Below, in pieces: positions 43,657 through 57,687 of a stretch of DNA of 64,000 bases (its first letter is position 1; each line of letters starts with the position of its first letter). The notes beneath the pieces are model-generated. The model worked only from the letters and a program-made list of their open reading frames with translations, had not been told where the DNA came from and searched no databases. Both the position numbers and the translations under genes were made by a program. Source of the DNA: the human T2T-CHM13v2.0 reference genome, Homo sapiens; NCBI RefSeq assembly GCF_009914755.1, contig NC_060940.1; one strand, 5' to 3'.

Positions 43657-45677
43657 TACTGTAATTTTTAATTTCATATTTACCAGTGTTTATTGAATAA
43701 TATCTGCCTCCTCTGTGGCAATAAAAGTTCCGTAAAGGAAGGGACCACATGGCCTTTTACAATTTTTTTACCATTATCATATCACTTTGTTTTCCACTAT
43801 ATACAAATGACTTGTACAATATGTGGCATGGAGTTAGAAAATCAAATTTGTAGATGCTTAATTGCTGACAACAAATAAAAGGATGAATAAATGAAATCTT
43901 TCTACTTACACTTTCATACACAATGATCTCACCTCTCTCTCAGCTCCCAGTGAACTTTCCTCATCAGTACAACTTAAAACAGCTTCTCTATAAGCAGCTA
44001 AGTTCTCTGACGGCATGAACCTAGTCCTATAACCTTTGTACTTAATCCTGTATTCCCAGCCCCTTTACCTAAACTAACAATAACTGTGCAGCAAATGTGA
44101 TTCAGGTCCAAAATATGGAGTTCATAATTATCCCATGTATTTTTATTCCTCAATTAGTCCTCATGGAAAATTTATTGTAATTCTTACACTTCACTTTTAC
44201 CAAACTTGGTAAGATGTGGTAAACATCAGCTCAAAGCTTACTGGAGAGAGATCCACATGTGTTGATATACGTGTTGAAACAGTCTGAAAGGAATGTGTTT
44301 TAAGAAAGACTTCCAAAAACACCTAAGCCTGAGGAGCAATGGCACAAACGTGAAGCTAGCTGCAGATGACCTTATTTTCACTCCAATTCAGCACCACAGT
44401 CTCAGAGGAAAAAATGTTACACGTTTCAGCACGTCCCCTCTGCCCATGTACGTGTTATGTTGAGACCTGTCGTTTCATTGCTTGTACTGATAAGGCCACC
44501 CAGGCCCAGGACCCAGTTTGTGCACCAGCAGTGCAGGGGTACACAGAGTTCACAGTCAGTGGAAGTCAGAATTCTGGTTCTGCTCCCTCAACCTCTAGCT
44601 AGTGGGTGAACTCAGTTCCCACATCCTGAAAGGCTAGGAACTACTCACACCACATCCAAGTCTGCTTCCAAGTCTAAAACTTCATGATTCTATCAACTTT
44701 CTCCCTCAGAGGTGAGGAGCTTTGCTAAAACTCAAGTGATGGCATTTGATGGACCAGAGAACTGACCAGGAAGGGATGTACTTTTTATTTTATACTCTGT
44801 CACAAAGCTAAATGTGACCTACACAATTTCATTTTTTCCAAGGGACACCCTGAAGTCAGTGTGCTTTGTGGAAAACACTGAAGTATCAGTATACTAAAGA
44901 GCTTGACACTAACAAGAAAAAAACTGTGTACCATGGGTTTGCAGCATAGCACCAGAACCCCCAGCATGAGTGCATGGAAAAGCAGGCTGGGAAACTCAGC
45001 AAGTGTGAGCCTCTGATTGCCAGGTTGTTCACCACTAGTCTCTTATACAAGTTTATTCCTTTTGTGACTTGAGAATTCTCACTAATAAATAAGCACCACA
45101 AGGCACCAAAGTTCAAGGAAAAAAAAATGGGAGAGAGAATTCTATTCATCAATTACCATTTGTTTCACTGCAAATCTGGAAGGAGTCCCCACAATTCTTT
45201 TATCAATAGATCACTCTGTGCTAGCTGTTCTTTGCCAGCACAATTTAAAAACTGCTGCCATAAAATTTATCTTTCTTGCTTGAAAGATGACCATCCATCT
45301 TTTTACTTGCTGCAAAACGGCTCTGAGCTCTAAAACTCAGAAAGCATTTGTAAGAATCTGGGGCACCCATGCTCCTATGAAAGCAATAAGCTGATTCCCT
45401 TTAAAATGGCATATTATGTATTCAAAGTGATTTATTTACTCTCACTATTTTACTAGGAAAGTGATGCAAGGGTCCTGCCAGTGAAGCCCAAGTTTTACCC
45501 TAGTGCTGCTGCAAACACATATACACACTCAGAGACAGAGAAGGAGAAAGAGAGAGGGAGAGGTTGGGGGGGGGGAGAGAGAGAGAAAGAGAGAGCGCGA
45601 GAGATAACAAGGTAACCATTTTAAAGGCTGGGGAAGTAAAAGGAAACTTGCGCTGAGTCTCCAAACTTTCCTCCAAA

Positions 45678-45913
45678 CAGTTTCTCAGCCTCAGCACTAC
45701 TGACACTTTGGGGTGAAAACCCTTTAGTAAGGGGGGCTGTCCTGCACATTGTGTGACATTTAGCAGCATCCCTGGAATCTACCACCACATGCCAGTAGCA
45801 CCCTGATCCCAGCTGTGACAACCAAGTAGGGTTCCAGACATCGACAAATGTCCCAGGGGGTGGGGGCAGGGTGGGGTGAGGACAGGCAAAAGTGCCCGTG
45901 TTGAAAACCAGTG
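45678..45913. mobile_element. MER20 (hAT), opposite orientation to the 42.3-kb copy
   Basis: cagtttctcagcctcagcact...tttagcagcatccctgg...gttgaaaaccagtg. Confidence 0.78.
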
Positions 45914-46452
45914 CTCTAAGAGTAGGAAACAAACAAACAAAAAATCTGTGTGAAAAGAGAAAGGATAAAGGTAATGGCTAGAGACATTTTTTACAGCATA
46001 TCAAGGTTGAGCTAGTCAACTCATTTCATCCTGGGAAATGAAAACCCAACTTTAACAACCATCTAGCCCATCCAAAACCAAAAACCATCTACTTGGCAAG
46101 CTCCTAAAACTCAAATCAATGTGGTTAAAAAGGAAGAAAGAACTCTAATTGAAAAACTTACAAAGAAAAGCATTAGTAACTTAAAGTTTTAAGATAATAA
46201 AAGCACAAAGACATAGTAAGTGCTTTTCTAACCTCAAGGTAACTATCTCAAGATGGCAAATTGGTTTTATCTCCTCTGCCAACTTCAACTAGGTGGTGGT
46301 GGCTGCCTGGAGCCCTTCTAGAACTGAGCAGGATTCTAAGGCTGAATGTGAGCGATGTGAAAGTGAAGAATATCTGAATGAAATAACGATGTCCACCCCA
46401 AGCAGGCGAAGCACAGTGAGGTATGCCTCAGGTCCACCTTCTGGTGTTTACC

Positions 46453-46762
<310 letters not shown>

Positions 46763-47439
46763 TAGCATTCAACTTTCTTTATATTCAAAATAATACCCAT
46801 CAAATTTAGCTAAAATAAAACCTTTTTTTAAAAAGTAATCAATTTGCCAGAGTTACCTAACCGGGGGAATAAAAAGGGGAAAAGAATCTAATTATATCAC
46901 TTCCTTGCTTAAAAATCACCTCTGGATTTTCAACTTGCAGAGGATGAAATCCAAACCAGCATAGCTCACGAAGCCCTTCACAGTGAGTTTCCAACACTCT
47001 TCTCCCAGGCTTCCTGCACCCCCACTGCTCTCTATGGTGCAGCCAGCCACTAAATGTCTATTCCCCAAAACCACACGCCCTTTCATGCAACTCCACCACT
47101 TCCTTGCCCTGCAAATTTCTATTCATCTTTCAGAACACTGCTCAGGAGCCACCTTTTTGGTAATGCTTTCCTTGTTCCTTGATGCCTGCTATACACAGGA
47201 TGGTCCTTGAGCCAAAAGCACTGGCATCACCAGGGAGCTTGTTAGAAATGCAGAATCTTGGGCACCGCTCCAGCTCTACCGAATCTCAATTTCCTTTGTA
47301 GCAAGATCCCCAGGTGAATTATGTGCACACTGACGCATGAGAAGCGCTGTCTCAGGGAACTTCCTAGATCCTACTCGACTCAGCTCTTCATAGCTCCCTG
47401 GGAGGTAAACCCCTCCTTTACTCATCTCCTCTGTGAAGA

Positions 47440-47845
47440 CAGGAAAACCCAAATGCCCACCCTCCAGCCTCCGTGACAGCCAATTGACATGGTTATAGCC
47501 AATGAAATATCAGCAGAAGCCTGCTGAGGGGGCTTCTGGAAGAATTTTTATTTCCCTAATGACTTCCTGCCGTCCTGGGTAGAATGCCAGGTGCAGTGGC
47601 TGCCATCACTGGACAACCATGAGGTGACAAACCTAAGAACAAAAAGCCAATGATAGCTAAAAAGACAACAGGTGGAAATACAGAAATGGTCTGAATCCTT
47701 GTTGGGCCCAACGAGCCACTGAACCATAGAACCATCCACCTCCGGAATCACTGTGTGTGCCAATTGCCAATTGCAACGTTTTCATTGCTTAAGGCACTAT
47801 CATTAGGGATTTTCCTTTCTTGGGCTGAAGGCATTCCTAACTGAT
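47440..47845. mobile_element. Ancient ERVL LTR (LTR16-like)
   Basis: agccaatgaaatatcagcagaag...ggcttctgg...gcattcctaactgat pattern; heavily decayed. Confidence 0.5.
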
Positions 47846-48288
47846 TAAGTAAGCCTTCAATAAATGGGAGGTGAATGAATGAATGTAGAGTGAAACCTAC
47901 TAAAGGTTCAGGAGATTACTTTTAAAAAGCCAGGCCTCTAAGAATCTGTTCATGTCTGCCAAAGCATGCCTATAAATCAGTCTCTGTACTTCTAGAATTA
48001 TTGACCCATTTCTGTTCACAGCTTAATGGATAAAAAAGTGAACACAAACTCATAAAAAGCAATGGAAATGTTCACATACAAAGATGCTGTAGAAACTGAT
48101 TTTCACATTTTGGAAAAGAGGAGAAAACCAAACTTAAATACTAGGCTCTGACCTCGAAAAGTTTACAAATGCTGTGGCTACTTACAGGCAATTGTAAGCA
48201 AAGAGGGGCAGTGTGGGGTGGGGGGCGGGGGGTGGACCTACAGTAGTCAGTTCTCCTGATCATTCTCCCTTTCTAATTTTGAGATCTC

Positions 48289-49933
<1,645 letters not shown>

Positions 49934-50074
49934 GTAGCCTGTCAGCACATCAATCACAGCAGCAGGTTTTTCTTTCTTCAAACCACTATCTGATATTATC
50001 TCGTTAACTTCTTCAAGTCTTTAATAACAAAAATAATAGCAGCAAATACACATGATATGGAAGTATTTTACTTA

Positions 50075-50153
50075 TCAGGTTGAACCCTATAAAAGTGCCA
50101 ATCTGTAAATAAAAAACGGTTAAATATGGGTAATTCCACAGTGTTCGATTTAA
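50075..50153. mobile_element. MADE2-like mariner MITE inserted in a MIR
   Basis: ~80-bp imperfect palindrome TA|TCAGGTTGAACCCTATAAAAGTGCC...GGTAATTCCACAGTGTTCGATTTAA|TA. Confidence 0.65.
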
Positions 50154-50617
50154 TATATTAACTTGTTTGCAGCTCACAACCACCTTACAAAGTAGGTCCC
50201 CCAGATGAAGAAACTGTAAGAACAGAGAGGCTGCTTAACTTACCCGACGTCACATTGCTAGTAAGTGGCAGAACCAGGATTTGAACCCATGCTCAACACT
50301 CCCACCCCACAAAAATGCAAGTTCCATGAAGGCGGATAGTCTTGTTCATTGCAACGTCACTCCCATTGCCTATTATCACAGAGTATGGGCACGTATGTAG
50401 TAAGTTCTCAATAAATACATGTTTGAGTGAGTGAGTGAGTGAATAAATGAATGAATGAATGAATCTCCTTAAAATCACTGGTCGACTGCCCAGACCACTC
50501 GGAGCAACCAATGCAGAAGCCTGCCGGGCCAAGAGGAACCGAGGGAAGGAAGACCTGGGCGGGCAGGTGCCCCAGGGGCTCGGGGTGCAGTGGGGGCGCG
50601 GCGGCGCGCGGGCTCAC

Positions 50618-51250
50618 CTTGAAGTCGCGGCTGTGCTGCGGGGTGTACTCCAGGGTCCAGAGGGCCCGCACCAGGTGCGCCAGCTGCTCAGTGACCTCGC
50701 CCTGGCCCTGCGCGCCGCGGCCCGCAGGCTGCTCCGGGTCAGGCGAGGGCTCGGGCCGCCCCGCCCGGTACTGGCCCAGCGCCAGGTACTCGGCGAAGAG
50801 CTCGGTGTTGCTGAGGCACTGCAGCGTGGCGTTCATGAAGCACGTGTTGCCGTGGTTGCGGAGCCCCGCCACGCCGGGCACCGGCTCGGCGGCGCAAGCG
50901 GGCGGCGCGGGAGAGGCGGGCGGCGGCGGGCACGGCGGCGGCGTGGGCGCGGCGGCCGGCCCGGGCGGGAAGCAGCTGCGGAGGCCGCCGCGGTCTGGGG
51001 CGGCGCCCTCAGAGCTAAGGTGCGAGAGCGTGGACAGCGTCTTGAGAACGCGGCTCATGAAGCTGCCCACCGAGCGTGCAGAGGAGGGCGAGGAGGGCGA
51101 GGAAGGCGCGGCCGGCCCGGACGCCCCGGGGCCCCCCGCGCCGCCGCCGCCAGCGCGGCCGCTCCGAAACAGCCGCTTGCTGAAGGAGCGCTTCTCCTTC
51201 CCGCTCGCCGCCGCCGGCGGCCCGGACCCAGGCGCCGTTACCTTGGACAT
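50618..51250 (-). CDS. USP31: USP31 coding exon 1 (codons 1-211): Gly/Pro/Ala/Ser-rich N-terminus plus USP Cys box
   Basis: GCCGCC-ATG at 51250 opens MSKVTAPGSG...; contains GLRNHGNTCFMNATLQCL (catalytic Cys = residue 137); ends ...DFK at AAG|GTGAGC donor; 633 nt, phase 0. Confidence 0.96.
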
Positions 51251-51272
51251 GGCGGCGGCCGCAGACACTCAT
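51015..51272 (-). other. Out-of-frame overlapping uORF (85 aa, MSVCGRRHVQ...HALAP*)
   Basis: ATG at 51272, 22 nt upstream of the main ATG; TAG at 51017-51015, inside the CDS. Confidence 0.6.
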
Positions 51273-51322
51273 CACCGCGCCCGCCCGCCCGGCCCGCGGC
51301 CCCGCCACGGCCGCCGCCGCAT
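51272..51322 (-). other. uORF1 (MRRRPWRGRGPGGRAR*), in the main frame, ending in TGA TGA
   Basis: ATG at 51322, 72 nt upstream of the main ATG; 16 codons then TGA at 51274-51272; is a uORF only if the TSS is upstream of 51322. Confidence 0.55.
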
Positions 51323-51451
51323 CCCGCAGCGCCGCGCCTCACCGGGCCCGGGGGCTCGACGCCCCACACACCTCAAAGCGCAGCCGAGCCAGCGAGCGAG
51401 CGGCGGCCGGCGGGGCCAGCGGGCGCGCGCGCGGTCCGCCCAGCTGAGCCG

Positions 51452-51464
51452 CTCACGTGACGTG
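51452..51464. promoter_or_regulatory. E-box/CLEAR-type palindrome TCACGTGA overlapping a TGACGTG (ATF/CREB-type) site
   Basis: CTCACGTGACGTG at 51452-51464, ~200 nt upstream of the ATG. Confidence 0.6.
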
Positions 51465-51502
51465 CCTCCCGGCGCCGCCCGCCCGGCGCTGAAGCCGCCT
51501 CG

Positions 51503-51513
51503 GCCGCCATGTT
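51503..51513 (-). promoter_or_regulatory. YY1 consensus motif (AACATGGCGGC)
   Basis: GCCGCCATGTT on + strand matches CCGCCATnTT. Confidence 0.55.
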
Positions 51514-53318
51514 CACTGTGGGACGGTAGCTGCCTCTCCAGCCGGACGCGATGCCTGGAGGCTGCGGGCGCGGTCCTGCTGCGTGAAGCCCGAGGGAGGC
51601 CATGTCTAGTGTGGGCGCCGTCCCGGCTTGGAGGAAAAGGCTGGGCTCCCGTTGGATGGTGGATCCCCGGGGTGGGTCTCTGTCTTTGCTGGTCAGATGG
51701 CAGAGGCGGGAACGTGCAGGAATCAGGATGCTGTCAGTTACCAGACCGTGCAAGAGCTGGTGGACATGGCCCTGACAGGTCCTGGGCAAGTCAGCCCTGT
51801 CTGGCTCCCAAGGGACGTTGCAGATACCTACCCTCTGGGTGCCAGCGGAGCGCAGTCACAGACCCTGGCACGTCCCAGCGGGCTTTTCTTCCTGGCTGCA
51901 CCTTGGAGTCCCAGCGAAACGCTGTTATCATAACTACTTTCCTTTTCATTCCAGCCTTTAAAACTCCTCCGGGCTCTCCCATCATTCATCATTCCATTCA
52001 TTCATTCACTCACTCATTCATTCAGCAGTTACTGGGGATATTGCAAAGAATTAAACCTATTAAATTAGAATCAAATGTCATATCCCCAGCGGATTAAATT
52101 AGCACGGTTTCTACCTGCCCTCTTGCAGCTTACATTCCTACTGGGTGTTTACAATAGCTGTTGTGTTCCACACATTATGCCAAGCATGCAATATTTTCTT
52201 TAATCTTTAATTCACCGTCTTTGAGATTGGTACAGTTCTTATCTGATTCAAACCCAAGTTTTATTTACAACCCCTATACTTGACCTCTAAACCAAAGGTC
52301 ACGAATCCACAAATATCACAGGTCACAAACCCACAAATGAGTGAAGAATCCTGGTGTTTGAATCATCATATTGACTTTCAAGTGACTTGGGTCTCAGTGT
52401 TGGGGGAAATATAAGGAATGATGGGGACTATAGCAGACTTCAAATTAACATCTTTCTAAAGAGGTGGCTGCCACTCAGCTCCAGCCAGTTGTTCCCATGT
52501 GAGAACAGGAGCTCAGCGTTACCAGATCATCTGATGTTTTAAGAGAAGGCAGAAATCCTATTTTTAAACGTTGGTTCCATTAAAAAAAAAATAGTGCAGG
52601 GAGCAAAAAATAGTACATCTTTGGGATGCCTTTAGTCCAAAATCAACTAGTATATGACCTCCTCTCTATAGGCTCCCCTCTGCTAAAAGGGCTAGTCTGA
52701 GTCCTGAGGCAGAAGAGAGAAATCAGAGAAGGGAGAGCCCTTCCTCCTTTTTAAAACATGAAGGCCACCTTACACCACGTTTCAAAGTAAATGGTTTTTA
52801 CCTTTGACCTCCCTCCCCAATGTAAGTAGGGCTCTATGATGACATCTCCAGGGTGCTCTGCACTGTCCCTAATCGGCTCCACTCTCCTCTTAGTCAAAAT
52901 TCTTATCTGGACACCAGGAAGAAAGCCATCTGATTATTCACACTAAAATGTGAATGCAATGGCCCTCAACTTCTGGGCAGTTTGATCTAGACTCGAGGGC
53001 CTTTGCTGGAGCCGTTCCCTCTCCCTTGAACCTTTCCTTAGCTAACTTAGAACCTTTCTACTTAGCTAACTTCCCCTCATCCTTAAAGTCCCACCTTAGA
53101 TATCACCCCCTCCAGGAGATGTCCCTTCCACAGGCCCTCTTGGCACCTCTCATTCATGACACTGACTTGACCATATTGCAATTCAGTTTACAATCATCAC
53201 CTTCACTAATATGTGGGCTTCAACCCAGTAGAGACCCATCTTACTCATTATTCGGTACCCAGTAAGGTAGCCATTATATAACAGGTTGATTATTTGGCAA
53301 CTTTATACCTAAACAATG

Positions 53319-53862
<544 letters not shown>

Positions 53863-54480
53863 TGAGCCTCAAAGTTTGACACAGGCTTGAAAAAATTCCT
53901 CATTGGAATGTTCAGATGATCATTCTTAAAGACTCACCTTGAACATTCTGTAGTGAATCTTTCATTGTCCCTCTCTGTACCACCCCTTACCCCTAAGCTC
54001 GGGAAACGTAAATTAGAAACAACAGTGCAGTGAATATTATCATGACCTATACCTTGTCCATCATGTAGCTATCTCCTTAGGCTGAAACCTTGGATCAAAG
54101 GGTATGCGTATTCCATATATGACACCTATTGTCAAGCTGACCCCCAGAAAGGTTTTATCCTGTCAGCAACTAATGGGAAATGCACATTTCCCAATCCCAA
54201 CATACTGTTGAGTTTTCCAGTCTTTTTCACATTGACAAGTTTGATGAACAAAAGATGGCATATTAATGCACTTTTTGTTTGTATGAGTAAGGTTGAACAT
54301 CATGTGCCAGTCTCTCTGCTATCCAACATCTCAACCAACTTCCTGTCTGCAAGGGATACCAAATTAGGCAGGACCACTCAAGATCCCACTATGAAAACTG
54401 GGTAGGGTGGCAGGGAGCAGGTATTCCCCTTCCTACCCCTGGAAGCTAGAGCCCAGGAACATGACCTAAAAAAGACCACC

Positions 54481-54735
54481 GCCGGGTGCAGTGGCTCATG
54501 CCTGTAATCTCAGCACAGGCAGACAGAGACGGGAAGAGTTTGAGACCAGGCTGGGCAACATCACGAGATCCCGTCTCTAAAAAAATAAATAAATAAGCCT
54601 GGTGTGGTGGTGCACTTCTGTAGTCCCAGCTACTCAGGAGGCTGAGGCGGAAGGATTACTTGAGCCTAGGAGGTGGAGGCTGCAATGAGCTATGATCGTG
54701 CCACTGCCCTCCAGCCTGGGTGACAGAGCAAGACC
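54481..54735 (+). mobile_element. AluJ within probable LTR33-like ERVL sequence (~54.3-55.07 kb)
   Basis: Alu consensus; the host assignment is weak. Confidence 0.75.
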
Positions 54736-55103
54736 AACTATATGTTCCTACCTAGACTTTGGCTCTAGAAGTATTGATACACGGTTCGTTGGAGATAATG
54801 CAGTGAATTAATGAATCTAGCAGCTATATATTTAGCAGTGTGGCAGTACGGTGGTGTACAGTGTGGGGGTGGTAGCAGCAAGTGTCCAGCTGCTACTCTA
54901 GTGGCAAGTTCTTACTGGTGTCTGTGTCCCTGGGTTTCTGCCCAAGCCTGTTTCTCTGGCTCTGTTCTTTCTGTGAGCTAACCTGATAGGTTTCCTGTAA
55001 ATCCTTTATTGGGGAAACAAACCAGTGTCAGTTTCTGCTGTTTGCAATCAAGAAAACAACTAGGAATACCTTTTAATTAGCGATTTTATTTTTACTGGTG
55101 TGA

Positions 55104-56231
<1,128 letters not shown>

Positions 56232-56239
56232 TAAATTAT

Positions 56240-57360
56240 TTTATATAGTGAAACAGATTAGTCTTTTTCATAAAGATTTACAATATTTTTGACATACTTA
56301 GCCTTCCCCCACTCCAAGATCATAAGAATATTCATCTGTATTTTAATTTAGTGCAGTTCTGGGTTTTTTTCTTATTATTATGCTCTCCATCTGGAATTTA
56401 TTTTTGCATGAGAAATGAGATAGGGATCTTGCCTTTTCTGCATGCTTCATGGCTAGCCAATTGTCTCAGCACCATTTTTAAATGTAATTTTCCCACTACT
56501 TTAAAATGCTGCTTTTATCACCTATTAAATGCCCCGTATATTTAAGATTTTTAAAAATTCTGTTCTATCCCATTGATAAGCCTCTGTATTCCAGGATAGC
56601 ATAGGTTTAGAATATGCTGAAATGTTTGATAGAGCATTATCTCCTAGTATTTTATTATCTGTCTGTTTGCTTATTCTCTCAAATGAATTTAATCCTTTAG
56701 GGGGGTTAATTTATATAGATTAAGTGAGGGAAAACTGGCATCACCACAATATTTATCTTCTCATCTGAGAATAAAGTCTGTCTTCAAAAAATTATACAAG
56801 GGCTTTTAATGCCCCTCCCAGTACTATAGTTTCCTCCCATAGGTCTTGCATAATACTAATAAGTTTATTCCTATTGGTTGCTATTATGAATGGGATATTT
56901 TATGTCATTATATTTTCTGTTGTTTGTCTACAGGAAAAAAAATATTTTTGTAACCAGCCACCTTGATGTACTTTAGTTCTTTCTCATAATTTTCAGTTGA
57001 TCCTATTGGGTTTCTCAGGAATTTATATCAACACATGAGATAAAAACCTCGCCACTTTGTTTATAATAGTTGTACCTCATCTTTTTTTTTCTCTTGTCTA
57101 ATTGCCCTTCCAGAATTTTGTCTGTAATAGTAAGGAGAGTAGGAAAGCCTGCATTGTTTCTGCCTTTAATAGCATTTCATCCAGTGCTTTACCATTAAGC
57201 ATGCTTGCTTTTGGTTTGAGATATATATTATTTATTGCGTTAAAGTGGTATCCATGTATTCCTACTTCAGGAAGGGTTATTATCAGGAATTGGTCTTGAA
57301 TTTTATCAAATGCCTTCTGGGCATCAACAGAGATGAGCCTTTGCATTTTTCTCCTTTGAC
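56240..57360 (-). mobile_element. Ancient L1M ORF2 remnant
   Basis: ISVDAQKAFDKIQ RT motif in ORF 57098-57346. Confidence 0.7.
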
Positions 57361-57687
57361 CTGTATACCCATCGTAAGTTCTTAGTTGCAGACAACATAA
57401 ATGACTTTTGCTAACTTAAGCAGAAAAGGAGATCTTTAGAAGGATATCAACAGCTCACATAACTGCTAGAAAAGCTTCAGAATCAGACTTAGGAAACCAA
57501 GGAAGACAGTACATAGCCAGGACTCTGCTCCAGAAAATGCTGCTTAAGATGTCACTGTTGGCGCCGTCGGTGAAGCTGGCGCCACCTTCAGACAGTGGTA
57601 GCCGCACCACTTGCCTCTTAGTTCTGCTGTAGCCACTGTGTAACCTTGAATAACTTCCAAATGTCTCTGAACTTTTGCTTTCCTATC

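Larger units (their letters stand above)
50500..51750. promoter_or_regulatory. USP31: CpG island / TATA-less promoter and 5' UTR of USP31
   Basis: Abrupt switch to very high GC and CpG density over exon 1 and ~500 bp upstream; multiple GGGCGG boxes; TSS not directly visible, probably ~51.35-51.5 kb. Confidence 0.92.

Noticed and set aside
50408-50617. Continuation of the exon 1 ORF for 69 codons
   Set aside because: Read-through past a strong AAG|GTGAG donor into intron and repeat sequence
51251-51268. N-terminal extension MSAAAA in the ORF track
   Set aside because: It starts at GTG immediately after TGA TGA; the Kozak ATG at 51250 is the supported start
51509-51529. GCCGCC-ATG on the + strand suggesting a divergent coding gene
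   Set aside because: The ORF is only MFTVGR*; the motif is better explained as a YY1 site
50459-52097. Long + strand ORFs (333 aa and 528 aa) antisense to exon 1
   Set aside because: Stop codons are scarce in extremely GC-rich DNA and opposite a real CDS; the products are low-complexity Arg/Gly/Ala with no domain motif
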